Assembly (NCBI GenBank): GCA_964344185.1
Contig: CAYFMN010000015.1
Coordinates: forward strand, 12,142-76,141
Origin: an uncultured Nitrospinota bacterium
GTDB taxonomy: Bacteria; Nitrospinota; Nitrospinia; Nitrospinales; JAJDAT01
Direction: 5' to 3'
DNA: 64,000 bases
The notes below the pieces were generated by a model, which ran no database searches, was not told where the DNA came from, and worked only from the letters and a program-made list of their open reading frames with translations. Below are positions 46,918 through 57,379 of this stretch, one piece after another. Position 1 is the first letter of the stretch. Every line of letters begins with the position of its first letter. The translations under genes were made by a program, and so were the position numbers.

Positions 46918-47432
46918 AATTTAGGGAGGGAATGGCCTAATGCGAAAAGGGTCAAAATATAAGTTTTTATTAGAAAAACTATATTAATAAAGTATCTTAA
47001 ATTATTTTGTACATATTTAGGAAGGTAATACAAACTTTGTTTATACTATATAAAATACAGTTTATTCGCAAGGCTAAAGGCCACAATGCCGTCATTCAAC
47101 TGGGTTAGGATATCTGAACATTCAATTGAAACTAATTAGTAAGAAACTCTTTAATAGATAATGGTTCTTGAGATTTCTACCTGTTTTTGGTACTTTCATT
47201 AGGGTTAAAAATAAAAGCATCTACATAATTCGCCAATCGCTCCCTCACTTCGCACAAATTAAAAATTCTAAATCAATTTTAAACAAACGTTATAAAATTC
47301 TACCGTCTAAAGTTATCTTAAAGTTGTATTCAGAACAAAAATTTTTAACTTAAAAAACCAAAAAATGAGTTACGCACAAATATTTAGCTAATAATTAAGA
47401 AATAAATATATGCTGGACGGATAAATTCCAAT

Positions 47433-48008
47433 ATGAAAACTTGGACTATTATTTTTAACCTAACTAAAGGAAAATTTTTTTATCCTTTTTTCCTTTTACC
47501 TTTTTTTCTGTGGAACTGTGGATCTTCCGATCAAAAAGTTTCTTCATCCCCCCCTGCAGCTTCCCAAAAAACAAATCTCCTCCCATATCATTTTATTTTA
47601 GGAAACGAACTATTTAGTTTCCAATCTTTCGATAAAGCAATTGAAGAATATGAAAAAGTATTAGAATTAGACCCTAATTATTCGCCTGCCGTCCAAAGCT
47701 TGGCAAATTCGTATTTAAAATTAAAAAACCACAAACAAGCTATAAAGCACTGGAAAAAGCTATTAACTTTAGTAAAGGACGAAAAGCAAAAAACAGACAT
47801 TTATTTTAATCTAGGTATTGCTTCTTTTGAGAATAAAGAAAAGGAGAGCGCCTTATTTTACACGTTTAAAGCGTTACAACTATCTATACAATACGGAAAC
47901 CTTAAAATTAATTTTTATGCTAAAGATAATTTAAAAGCCTTTAAGGGATTCTATAATCTAACCGACGCCGAGATTATCGATATTGTTAAAAGTTTTAAAG
48001 AAACTTGA
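47433..48008 (+). CDS. TPR-repeat lipoprotein
   Basis: Lipobox-like FLWNCGSS; TPR helices (AIEEYEKVLELDPNYSPAVQSLANSYLKLKNHKQAIKHW). Confidence 0.65.
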   Translation: MKTWTIIFNLTKGKFFYPFFLLPFFLWNCGSSDQKVSSSPPAASQKTNLLPYHFILGNELFSFQSFDKAIEEYEKVLELDPNYSPAVQSLANSYLKLKNHKQAIKHWKKLLTLVKDEKQKTDIYFNLGIASFENKEKESALFYTFKALQLSIQYGNLKINFYAKDNLKAFKGFYNLTDAEIIDIVKSFKET

Positions 48009-48055
48009 TGTAGAACGCTCAGAGGAAGTAAGGGGAAGTTATTAAGTTATAAAAC

Positions 48056-49150
48056 TTAAGGAGCAGGAGACCTATCTAATTTCAAAAACTCCCCTTTATT
48101 TAAATCTATTAAAAACTGGTTTTCCCAATCTGTTCGAAAATGATCTAAAAGCGGAGAATATGTTTTAACCCTTACGGTTTTCTTTTTGGGATCAAATTTC
48201 ATCAATCGTAAGTAGCCATTCCCCCCATTTTCTTCCCATTGATAATTAGCCCCAACTTGAAAAACAGGGTTCCCATGGTCTCCTTTACTTATAAGTTTTC
48301 CAGGCCCTTTGGAATGACCGCTAAATACGAATAATATATTTTTGTGTTTTTTAGCGAGTCTTTCCCAAATAACATCTCCTCCATTCGCCCAACCTTCTTT
48401 TGTCGAATACCCGTAATCTTTCTCTTGGTAAGGAACTTCTTTCATCTTTGGAGAATATTTAAGTCCTGCTTTTAAACGCTTCGGGCCTTTTGCCATATAA
48501 GCATGAGTTACAATAATAGCCCTCTTTTCAGGGAATTTTTTGACAATCTCATTTGCCCAATCCAAAACCTTATCTCTAGGACCATATTCCAAAGCCAATA
48601 TTATGTATTCGACGCCTGCAAATTTAAAAAAATAATATGCATTTTCAATTTTTCCTTTTTGGTACACGCCGCCAAACCAAGGAAACTTATTAAAACGTTC
48701 TTCAGGAATTGTTTTATTAAAAAGCTGATATGATTCCGTATAAGTTGAAGTTCCTGGGTCTACCAACTCTGCAATATCATGATTTCCCGCAGTTAAAACC
48801 AACGGCACTAAATCGTCTAAATAACTAAGGCTATTTAATGCATCATTCCAAAGACTATCAACGGAAATATCGACTATATCTCCGACATGAAGCGTCAGCA
48901 CAATATTTTCATCAATAATATGGTCCGCTATCCACTGGGTTTGAGAATCAAATATATGAGCTCGCGCAATGCCAGAAAAATTTTTATATTTTTGAGTGTC
49001 AGGTAATAACGCTATTGTAAAAGGTCTCTTATCATTTTGAAAAGAAGACACCGCAAAAGAAGAAGGCTCTAAGAACAAAAACAAAACCAATAAAAAAATA
49101 ATAGATACAATAATATTCTTCTTAAATCTTTCAAATGATCGACAAATCAT
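48056..49150 (-). CDS. calcineurin-like metallophosphoesterase, secreted
   Basis: LPDTQ, HVGDIVD, AGNHD, VTHAY, GHSKG motif series; signal peptide. Confidence 0.8.
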   Translation of the reverse strand: MICRSFERFKKNIIVSIIFLLVLFLFLEPSSFAVSSFQNDKRPFTIALLPDTQKYKNFSGIARAHIFDSQTQWIADHIIDENIVLTLHVGDIVDISVDSLWNDALNSLSYLDDLVPLVLTAGNHDIAELVDPGTSTYTESYQLFNKTIPEERFNKFPWFGGVYQKGKIENAYYFFKFAGVEYIILALEYGPRDKVLDWANEIVKKFPEKRAIIVTHAYMAKGPKRLKAGLKYSPKMKEVPYQEKDYGYSTKEGWANGGDVIWERLAKKHKNILFVFSGHSKGPGKLISKGDHGNPVFQVGANYQWEENGGNGYLRLMKFDPKKKTVRVKTYSPLLDHFRTDWENQFLIDLNKGEFLKLDRSPAP

Positions 49151-49191
49151 AAAGATTTTCCCATTAATTCGACAAATTACTCACTTATTTT

Positions 49192-50337
49192 TTAATTAGC
49201 TTTCTTAACTTTTCCATTTTCAAATATTGTTTCGCTTTGGACTTTCCCATCCTGAGAATACATAACAGCTTTTCCATGTAACAAATCATTCTTAAAAAAA
49301 AGAACGTTTTTTAACTTTCCATCAGGGTAATTACCAATACTTTTTCCATGTCTCTTACCAGCTCGAAAACTTCCAGAAGCGCGAACATTGCCATTTGGAA
49401 AGTATTCTTTAGTAACTCCTTCCAAAACGTTATTCTTGTATCCCCATTCATAATGGAGCGGTCCTTCCGGATAATATTCATAAACGGCGCCTTCTGTTTT
49501 TCCATTAACAAGCCGCAAAATTGACTTTATATTTCCAGTTGGTAAAAATTCTATGAAAATTCCGTCAGCCTTGTCTCGTTTCCAATGCTGAATGAGTTTT
49601 ATCCTTCCATCCTCATAATAAATATATCGTGGACCATGTATAGCATTTTTAACGCGAACTAACTCTATTTGCTTGTTACCATTTTTATAATAAGTAATTT
49701 CTGGACCATTTTTAGCGTGATGGTCATGCATACCTTTTATTTTTAATTCGCCAGTTTCGTAATATTCTTTCCATTCTCCCTCCAAATTCCCATTCCTATA
49801 TTGTATGAGAGAACGAGTTTTACCTGAATTATAAAAAGTCCTTACAGTTCCATTTATTAAATTGTTTTCAAAACCTACTTCTTTGTTCACTTTGCCATTT
49901 CCATCAAAAAACTTGCTTAGTCCCTTCAAAACATTATCTTTATAAGTTTTTTCTGAAAATTTATTCCCATTAGGATAAAAGGTTTTTACATGCCCATTTA
50001 GTTTTCCACTTTTAAAATTAGATTGCGAAAATATTTTTCCGTTTGGATAAAATACTTCAGCCACGCCTTCCCGACTGCCATCCAAATATTTAATTTTACT
50101 TTTTAGCTCACCATTCGGGTGAAAGTGCCGAACTTCTCCTTCCAACACACCATTTTTAAAGTTCCATTCGGCAATAAGTTTACCACCAGGACTAAACATT
50201 CTACTTAGACCGTTTAATTTCCCATTTTCCCACTTTTCGGTTTTATAAATTTTGCCATTTGGGTATGTAAACTTTATTTCTTCAGCATAAACTGGCTGAA
50301 TGGCAAAAAATAAAACGAAAAACAAACAAATTTTCAT
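49192..50337 (-). CDS. MORN-variant repeat protein (YwqK-family-like), secreted
   Basis: More than 12 repeats of G...G....Y/F.PNGK......(Y/F).NG.L.G. ATG at 50337 gives the signal peptide MKICLFFVLFFAIQPVYA. Confidence 0.8.
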   Translation of the reverse strand: MKICLFFVLFFAIQPVYAEEIKFTYPNGKIYKTEKWENGKLNGLSRMFSPGGKLIAEWNFKNGVLEGEVRHFHPNGELKSKIKYLDGSREGVAEVFYPNGKIFSQSNFKSGKLNGHVKTFYPNGNKFSEKTYKDNVLKGLSKFFDGNGKVNKEVGFENNLINGTVRTFYNSGKTRSLIQYRNGNLEGEWKEYYETGELKIKGMHDHHAKNGPEITYYKNGNKQIELVRVKNAIHGPRYIYYEDGRIKLIQHWKRDKADGIFIEFLPTGNIKSILRLVNGKTEGAVYEYYPEGPLHYEWGYKNNVLEGVTKEYFPNGNVRASGSFRAGKRHGKSIGNYPDGKLKNVLFFKNDLLHGKAVMYSQDGKVQSETIFENGKVKKAN

Positions 50338-50423
50338 ACTAAATTTTCCCAAAACTTTCGACTCCAAATGGCAAAAAATTTAAATCATTAAAACAAACGC
50401 AATCTACTTTTCGTCAGAACCAT

Positions 50424-52139
50424 CTAACTTTTTTTTATTATTTTTGCCCAACTATCGCGAAGAGTTACTGTTCGGTTAAATACAAGTCGATCACTAGTTG
50501 ACGATAAAGAATCAAAACAAAAATAGCCCAGCCTTAAAAACTGATAATGATTGTATATCCTTTCTTTAGACATCGATAGCTCAATTCTACAATTTTTTAA
50601 AACTTCAATTGAGTTTGGGTTAAGAATTTCTTTGATCGCTGGATTCTTTTTTTCATCTCCTGGGTTAGGCGCTGAGAACAAATTTTCGTACAATCGTACC
50701 TCTGCTTTTTCACAATGTTTTGCTGAAATCCAATGGAGAGTCCCTTTAACTTTACGACTTACACCTTCGCCGCTTTTTGTTTCTGGATCGTAAGAACATC
50801 TTAGCTCAATAACTTCTCCAGTTCTCGGGTCTTTAATTGCTCGTTCACATTTAATAATATAAGCATATTTTAGACGAACCTCTTTCCCTGGAGTCAAGCG
50901 AAAAAACTTCTTTGGCGGATCTTCCATAAAATCATCGCGTTCAACAAAAATCTCTCGACCAAAGGGAATTTTTCGCTTTCCCATACTAGGATCTTCCGGA
51001 TTATTTTCCGCTTCCAATTCTTCGATTTTTTCTTCTGGATAATTTTCTATTACTATTTTTAGCGGTCTTAAAACTACCATCACCCTAGCAGAGCGTTTGT
51101 TTAAATCTTCGCGGATACAGTGTTCTAACAAAGGCATTTCTACTATACTTGCGCTTTTGGCTACGCCAATGCGTTCGCAAAAATCACGGATCGACTCAGG
51201 CGTATACCCTCTTCTTCTCAATCCCGAAATAGTCGGCATCCTGGGGTCGTCCCAACCGCTCACATGGTTTTCCTGAACAAGTTGCAAAAGCTTACGTTTA
51301 CTTAATACAGTATAATCCATATTCAATCGCGCAAACTCAATTTGCTGAGGTCGATACACTCCTAATTGAATTAAAATCCAATCATACAAAGGCCTGTGAT
51401 CCTCGAATTCCAAAGTACAGATGGAATGAGTTACATTTTCCATAGAATCCGAAAGGCAATGCGCAAAATCGTACATTGGATATATACTCCATTTCCTTCC
51501 TGTACGATGATGATTGACTTTTGATATTCTGTAGAGAACAGGATCTCGCATATTGATGTTGCCCGAGTTCATATCAATCTTTGCTCGCAACGATTTTGCG
51601 CCTTCGTCAAATTCCCCGTCCTTCATTTTTTCAAGAAGATCTAAGTTCTCTTCCACTGAACGGTCTCGAAAAGGACTTTCTTTTCCCGGTTCGGTCAACG
51701 TTCCTCGATACTCTCTAATTTCGTCCGGACTCAAATCATCAACATAAGCCTTTTCTAATTTTATTAATTGAACTGCATATTGGTATAACCGGTCAAAATA
51801 GTCGGAAGCAAAAAACAACCTATCCCCCCAATCAAAACCCAACCACTCTACATCTTCCTTGATTGAATCGACAAAAGAAGCGTCTTCTTTGGACGGGTTA
51901 GTATCATCCATTCTCAGGTTACATAATCCATTAAACTCACTAGCTAATCCAAAGTTTAAACAGATCGACTTAGCGTGTCCGATGTGTAAATATCCGTTTG
52001 GTTCGGGAGGAAAACGAGTGTGAACCCTTCCGTCAAACTTTCCGGTTTTTAAGTCGTCTTTAATTATGTTTTGAATAAAATGGGAAGGACTTGCAACTTC
52101 GTCGGCAGCCTCAGTATCATTATTTTTATCGCTTTTCAT
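50424..52139 (-). CDS. glnS: glutamine--tRNA ligase
   Basis: [17 protein letters not shown] (HIGH), VLSKRKL (KMSKS), class I GlnRS length and C-terminal anticodon-binding barrels. Start refined to ATG 52139 (MKSDKNND). Confidence 0.95.
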   Translation of the reverse strand: MKSDKNNDTEAADEVASPSHFIQNIIKDDLKTGKFDGRVHTRFPPEPNGYLHIGHAKSICLNFGLASEFNGLCNLRMDDTNPSKEDASFVDSIKEDVEWLGFDWGDRLFFASDYFDRLYQYAVQLIKLEKAYVDDLSPDEIREYRGTLTEPGKESPFRDRSVEENLDLLEKMKDGEFDEGAKSLRAKIDMNSGNINMRDPVLYRISKVNHHRTGRKWSIYPMYDFAHCLSDSMENVTHSICTLEFEDHRPLYDWILIQLGVYRPQQIEFARLNMDYTVLSKRKLLQLVQENHVSGWDDPRMPTISGLRRRGYTPESIRDFCERIGVAKSASIVEMPLLEHCIREDLNKRSARVMVVLRPLKIVIENYPEEKIEELEAENNPEDPSMGKRKIPFGREIFVERDDFMEDPPKKFFRLTPGKEVRLKYAYIIKCERAIKDPRTGEVIELRCSYDPETKSGEGVSRKVKGTLHWISAKHCEKAEVRLYENLFSAPNPGDEKKNPAIKEILNPNSIEVLKNCRIELSMSKERIYNHYQFLRLGYFCFDSLSSTSDRLVFNRTVTLRDSWAKIIKKS

Positions 52140-52444
52140 TTTTTTAAAGTCCTTTAAATCAACAAACCGTAGGGCAAATTGTAACACAAACGTCGTTGGC
52201 AAATTTTTGAGAGTTTCTTATTCAAACTTTCTTTCAGTTTTTGAAGCGCCAACTCATAGTTAAAAAAATTATAAAATCCTCCCAAAATAAAAAATAGAAT
52301 TATTTTTGATAAATTATTTCTTGGATAAAAAACTTTCGCCTTTTTTACTTTAGCCTAGTATGATAAAAGGCGATTTGCCTTTCTAATAGTTCTAGTAAAG
52401 CTCCATCTCTCTTCATTGACAACTATTTTTAAAATTCCTTTTAA

Positions 52445-53386
52445 ATGCTAACTGACCTCTTTTTAATCATTACGGGAATTGCTCTTCTTTATTATGGAGG
52501 CGACTTCTTAGTTACCGGCAGTATTCGTATCGCAAAACAATTCAAGCTGAGCCCATTTGTTATCGGCGCGACCATCGTTGGGTTTGGAACTTCAGCCCCA
52601 GAACTTTCCGTAAGCATTTTTGCTTCGTTAAAGGGGGCTCCTGAAGTGGCAATGGGCAATGCTTTAGGCAGCAATATCGCCAATATTTGCCTCGTTTTAG
52701 GCTTGACTGCCCTTATTAAACCTATTCAGATTAATCTAAACCTAATAAAAAAAGAAACGCCAAAATTTCTCTTTTCTGCTTTTCTAATTTTATTTTTTGC
52801 TTGGAACCGTTCCTTAAGTCGATTGGAAGGAACTATTCTTATTCTTCTGCTTGGTATATTCATATGGCAAACATTTTCAAATAATAGCTCTGAAACATCT
52901 GACATTGAAGAAGAAAATGGGCTGTTTGCAGATAAAGGAATCCCTGCTCAATTTGGACTCATCTTGGGAGGCTTGATATTTTTAGTATCCGGCGCAGACT
53001 GGTTAGTGGAGGGTTCGGTTAATATAGCTCGGCTTTTAGGGCTGAGCGAGTGGTTAATTGGAATATCTATTGTGGCTGTCGGAACCAGTTTACCAGAAAT
53101 CGTTTCGTCAGCTATTGCAAGTTCCCGAGGTCATGGAGATTTATCGATAGGAAACGTTTATGGAAGTAATATTTTCAATATCCATATGGTCCTTGGCTTT
53201 GCGTCAATTATACAACCTTTAAAAATTCAAGAAAAAATTGAGCCCGACCTCATTATTGCTACCGTCTTAACATGTATGCTAGCGATTATGCTAAGGTTTA
53301 AATCTAAACTTTCTAAAGCCAGCGGTTTTTTTCTACTTGTATGTTATTTCAGCTATATTTCTGTGAAATCTTTAAAACTAATTTAG
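52445..53386 (+). CDS. Ca2+/Na+ antiporter, CaCA (YrbG) family
   Basis: Two alpha-repeats: GTSAPELSVS...GNALGSNIANI and GTSLPEIVSS...GNVYGSNIFNI; about 10 TM. Confidence 0.9.
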   Translation: MLTDLFLIITGIALLYYGGDFLVTGSIRIAKQFKLSPFVIGATIVGFGTSAPELSVSIFASLKGAPEVAMGNALGSNIANICLVLGLTALIKPIQINLNLIKKETPKFLFSAFLILFFAWNRSLSRLEGTILILLLGIFIWQTFSNNSSETSDIEEENGLFADKGIPAQFGLILGGLIFLVSGADWLVEGSVNIARLLGLSEWLIGISIVAVGTSLPEIVSSAIASSRGHGDLSIGNVYGSNIFNIHMVLGFASIIQPLKIQEKIEPDLIIATVLTCMLAIMLRFKSKLSKASGFFLLVCYFSYISVKSLKLI

Positions 53387-53396
53387 TAAAATTGCT

Positions 53397-55391
53397 TTAG
53401 CCATTTATTGGTTTTGGCTTTACGTTTTTAAATTTCCAGAGTTGCTGTTTATAATAAGACTCGTTTGGATCAAGCTTGATAGCCGCTTTTATATTTGCCA
53501 CCGCTTGTTCTATATCCCCTTTTACATAATATATTTCCGAGAGAGTATCGATATATCCTGGTTTTTTCGGAAACGCTTCCAATGTTTTGTTTGACAATAC
53601 TAAAGCTTCTTCCAGGTTTATCCTCTTTTTGGCAAATAACCAAGCTAAACGATTCATTGAATCGTAGTAATCGGACTTCAATTCCATAGCCTTTTTACAA
53701 TAACCAATCGCAACCGTGTAATATCCTTTTTTGCTATAAACATTACAAAGCGCATAAGTTAATTCATGATTTTTAGGATCAAAACTAGAAGCTTGTTTTA
53801 AAGTCTCCACAGCTTTATCCAACTCTTTTTGCCCCACTAAAGATTCGGCTAATAATAAGTAATAATCTGGGTTTTGAGTGAATAAATTCGTAGCTTCGGT
53901 TAATTCTCTGGTGGAGTCATCAAACTTGGCCATTGAGAAATAAACTTTTCCCATTTCAAATAAGATCTTATGGTTTTGCGGATCAAGCTTTTTAGCGGAT
54001 TTTAAAGCTTTGATCGCCTCGTCCCATTTTTCCTCTTGGCTCAATATTCGGCCTAATTGAAAGAAATCCTCCCAACTTTCAGGTTTTAAATTAATCGCCT
54101 CCCGGAAAGCCGCTTTTGCTTTTTGATTTTGTTTTTTATCAAGATAAATCTTACCCAATTGCGAATGAATTCCAGCATTTTTAGGCTCTAGGTTTTGCGC
54201 CGCTTTATAATGTCGAAATGATTCATCTAAAGAACCTTTTTGAAAATACCAATCCGCCAATCGAATTTGAGCCTCGAAGTTTTCTGGAAACATTCCAACT
54301 ACTTTTTTGAACGATTTTATGGCCTCGCCTTCTCGGTTCAAGTCTAAAAGAAGTTCGCCCAGAGTCAGATGCGTTATTGGATCGTCGTCATTAACCCCAA
54401 CAGCCCTGTTTAAAACTTCTAAAGCTTGTTCTCTTTCCCCCGTTTGACTTAACAAGCGCCCTAGTTCTCTTAAAGATTCAAAATAATCAGGTTTAAGTTC
54501 GATAGATCTTTTATAGCTTTCAATCGCTTCTCCCAGATTCCCCAATTTGGCTTCTAATAATCCTAATTCGTAGTACCCTTCATAATTATTGGGATCAGTT
54601 TTAATAAGAGACTGAAAAGCAACTTTAGCTTCATCTAAGCTGCCCTTTAGAGATAAGGTCTTAGCTAAATACATCTGGTAGGAGCTTTTGGACGGACTTA
54701 ATTCAACAGATTTTTTGAAATGTCTAAGAGCCTGATCGTAGTTTTCTCGACCTAGTTGAACTTTTCCCAATCCGAAAAAAATTTCTGGGTTTTCCTTCGA
54801 GACTTTAAGGGCTTTTTGAAATTCATTTTCCGCCTCGGTATATTTTTTCTTTTCAAGCAATCTAAATGCTTGATCTACGGTACCTTTCAAATTGTCGAAT
54901 TTAAGAAGTCCTGGAAAAAAATAAAATACCGCACAAATAGCCAAAACGCCCAGAGCAACAACCTTTTTCTTATTTCCTCCTCCAGAACGCCGAGCTTGGG
55001 CTTGAGAGGCCTTTTTAACCTCCTTTTCCGCTAAAACTTCTAATTCAGCGTTTGAAATATTTTCTTTAGCCGCGGAATGCGTCTCAACCATCTTACAACT
55101 TCCCTCAAAATTGGAACCCTCGTCAATAACCAAATGGTAGGTTGTAATATCGCCTATTAAGCTGCTTTCGTTAGCTAACGACACTTTATTTTCGGCAATA
55201 ATATTACCGCGAACTTTACCCATATTCGTAACGCTATGGGTTTTTATATCTCCAAAAACCATTCCTGATTTTCCAACCATAAAGTGGTCGGAGGAATATA
55301 TTTCTCCTTCTAACTCTCCATCAAAATGGACGATTCCCTTCACCCACAAGGTGCCATTAAGTTTTACGCCCGACTCAAAATAGGAATCCAT
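53397..55391 (-). CDS. bactofilin-domain / TM / multi-TPR fusion protein
   Basis: aa 8-100: LNGTLWVKGIVHFDGELEGEIYSSDHFMVGKSGMVFGDIKT...IGDITTYHLVIDEGSNFEGSC (bactofilin beta-helix pattern). TM at aa 144-163. About 12 TPRs follow. Confidence 0.8.
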   Translation of the reverse strand: MDSYFESGVKLNGTLWVKGIVHFDGELEGEIYSSDHFMVGKSGMVFGDIKTHSVTNMGKVRGNIIAENKVSLANESSLIGDITTYHLVIDEGSNFEGSCKMVETHSAAKENISNAELEVLAEKEVKKASQAQARRSGGGNKKKVVALGVLAICAVFYFFPGLLKFDNLKGTVDQAFRLLEKKKYTEAENEFQKALKVSKENPEIFFGLGKVQLGRENYDQALRHFKKSVELSPSKSSYQMYLAKTLSLKGSLDEAKVAFQSLIKTDPNNYEGYYELGLLEAKLGNLGEAIESYKRSIELKPDYFESLRELGRLLSQTGEREQALEVLNRAVGVNDDDPITHLTLGELLLDLNREGEAIKSFKKVVGMFPENFEAQIRLADWYFQKGSLDESFRHYKAAQNLEPKNAGIHSQLGKIYLDKKQNQKAKAAFREAINLKPESWEDFFQLGRILSQEEKWDEAIKALKSAKKLDPQNHKILFEMGKVYFSMAKFDDSTRELTEATNLFTQNPDYYLLLAESLVGQKELDKAVETLKQASSFDPKNHELTYALCNVYSKKGYYTVAIGYCKKAMELKSDYYDSMNRLAWLFAKKRINLEEALVLSNKTLEAFPKKPGYIDTLSEIYYVKGDIEQAVANIKAAIKLDPNESYYKQQLWKFKNVKPKPING

Positions 55392-55627
55392 CTACGTTGT
55401 CCCGAAATAGTTATTAGTTCCAATTACATTAAATTCTAGCAAAATAACTAAAAATAAACAACTTAAGCCATATTTGCATCGATTCATTTTTCGTACTATT
55501 CAAACCGTAAATATCAATTTTACCCCTGAGAATTTTTAAATTCATTGATTATCGATAGGATTATTGTTAACTTAACCGTTTTTAAATGTCGTTTTTCATA
55601 ACTCGCCCTAAAAGTTAAGAGAATTAA

Positions 55628-56350
55628 ATGCAAAGAAACAGCGGTAGAAAACCAAACCAACTAAGACAAGTTAAAATAACTAAAAACTATATCAAACATC
55701 CACATGGGTCCGTTTTAATTCAGGCCGGCAACACAAAAGTTATTTGTTCCGCTAGCGTAGAGGAGAAAGTTCCGTCTTTTTTACGCGATAAAAAAACTGG
55801 TTGGCTAACCGCAGAATATTCAATGATGCCAAGCTCCACACACACGCGAAGCCCTAGAGAAGCGGCTAGAGGAAAACTTTCCGGAAGGACTCAAGAAATT
55901 CAACGACTCATTGGACGGTCGCTCCGCGCAGTTGTTGATTTGGAAAGTTTAGGGGAACGAACTGTTTGGATAGATTGCGACGTTATTCAAGCGGATGGCG
56001 GCACTCGATGCGCGTCCATCACGGGATCATTTGTAGCGCTTTGCCTCGCTCTAAAAAAACTTAAAAAACAAAAGTTAATAAAAGATATCCCAGTTAAAGA
56101 TTTTGTCGCTGCGGTAAGCGTTGGCATTTATGAAGGCAAAATTATTTTAGATCTCGATTACAGCGAAGACTCCAAAGCCGAAGTCGATATGAACATAATT
56201 AAAACCGGAGCGGGTAAATTTGTTGAAGTGCAAGGAACCGCCGAAAGCGATCCCTTTGACGAAAAACAAATGAAGGGAATGATGGACTATGCTAACAAGG
56301 GCATTCAAGAGCTAGTGGCCATTCAAAAAAAGGCCATTGGCGCGATGTAA
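55628..56350 (+). CDS. rph: ribonuclease PH
   Basis: GR...QLR...IT........GSVLI..GNTKVIC.ASVEE.VP.F......GW.TAEY.M.P.ST..R; [12 protein letters not shown]. Confidence 0.95.
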   Translation: MQRNSGRKPNQLRQVKITKNYIKHPHGSVLIQAGNTKVICSASVEEKVPSFLRDKKTGWLTAEYSMMPSSTHTRSPREAARGKLSGRTQEIQRLIGRSLRAVVDLESLGERTVWIDCDVIQADGGTRCASITGSFVALCLALKKLKKQKLIKDIPVKDFVAAVSVGIYEGKIILDLDYSEDSKAEVDMNIIKTGAGKFVEVQGTAESDPFDEKQMKGMMDYANKGIQELVAIQKKAIGAM

Positions 56351-56371
56351 ACACACTTCATAATTTCCAAT

Positions 56372-57028
56372 TTATCTAAACTTCGCTACGCCTTCTTTAG
56401 GACAAAGCTCCTTCAAGCAACAACTGGTACAATAAGGTGAAACAGGTTTACAACAGTTTTGCCCAAAAGTGACCAAAAGCCGATTCCAATCTTTCCAATA
56501 TTTTCTTGGTAGATTTTTCCGCAAAACCTCTTCCGTTTCATCAGGGGTCCTGGTTTTTATATATCCCCACCGGTTCACTATACGATGAACGTGCGCATCC
56601 ACACAGATTCCCATCTTGTCGTATCCCAACGTCAAAACCATATTAGCGGTCTTTCGCCCCACTCCTCTCAGAGATAAAAGATCTTCCATATTCTTAGGAG
56701 GTTTTCCCTGATACTCTCTAACGAGAGTTTGGCTTAAACTTTTCAGGTTATGCGCTTTTTCTTTAAAAAACGCCACAGGATATATGGCTTTTTTGATTTC
56801 AGATTCTTTAAGGCTTGCTAAGCTCTTAGCATCCTGCCCCAACTCGATCAATTTATTAAACGCCGACTCTGCTACAGGATCGCGAGTCCTGAGACTTAAA
56901 ATAGCTCCCACTAAAACCCAAAACGGTTTTTTGGATTTGCTAAGTCGTATGGCAAATGGAACAGCCCAATCTTTATTAGATTTTTTTATCTGACGAACGG
57001 CGAGAGAAACAGGAAAAGCTTGTGACAT
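56372..57028 (-). CDS. nth: endonuclease III family DNA glycosylase/lyase
   Basis: HhH-GPD LLSLRGVGRKTANMVL; VDAHVHR; 4Fe-4S loop CKPVSPYCTSCCLKELC. Confidence 0.85.
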   Translation of the reverse strand: MSQAFPVSLAVRQIKKSNKDWAVPFAIRLSKSKKPFWVLVGAILSLRTRDPVAESAFNKLIELGQDAKSLASLKESEIKKAIYPVAFFKEKAHNLKSLSQTLVREYQGKPPKNMEDLLSLRGVGRKTANMVLTLGYDKMGICVDAHVHRIVNRWGYIKTRTPDETEEVLRKNLPRKYWKDWNRLLVTFGQNCCKPVSPYCTSCCLKELCPKEGVAKFR

Positions 57029-57042
57029 TTAAGCAAATCTAA

Positions 57043-57327
57043 TTAAGGATCAGGAGGACTAAATGAACGAACAACAGACCAAATTCCTGATAATAAAATT
57101 AAAACAAATCCAATAGTGGCAGAAAAGTTTGAAACAAACTCCTTATGAGCTTTTCGTATTTCCTTAATTACCGTAGATTCATCTAATAAATCGTCTTCGC
57201 TCTGTTTAATATCGTCAAGATTAATATTCATAATTTCCGCCAAACCCAATAAACTTTGAAGACGTTTTTCAGGATCGGAAATCTTATAGATTTCATTTAA
57301 TCTTGAAGGAATTTTAAATTTCTTCAC
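57043..57327 (-). CDS. small C-terminally anchored membrane protein, unknown function
   Basis: GTG start; single C-terminal TM ATIGFVLILLSGIWSVV. Confidence 0.4.
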   Translation of the reverse strand: MKKFKIPSRLNEIYKISDPEKRLQSLLGLAEIMNINLDDIKQSEDDLLDESTVIKEIRKAHKEFVSNFSATIGFVLILLSGIWSVVRSFSPPDP

Positions 57328-57379
57328 GTTAAATAACCTTACCGTTATTTGGTGATTTCATATTAAGAGTTTTTATTAA

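Noticed and set aside
47168-47353. 61-aa ORF inside the 515-nt AT-rich gap upstream of the TPR lipoprotein
   Set aside because: No RBS, and a Lys/Ile/Phe-rich composition typical of random AT-rich sequence. I also found no convincing repeat or RNA structure in this gap.
52336-52382. Mutually exclusive hairpins (TCGCCTTTT/AAAAGGCGA versus AAAGGC/GCCTTT) in the glnS / Ca-antiporter divergent region, resembling a terminator-antiterminator
   Set aside because: No U-tract follows either hairpin on either strand, and no leader peptide or known riboswitch or T-box elements were recognised. Too weak to call.
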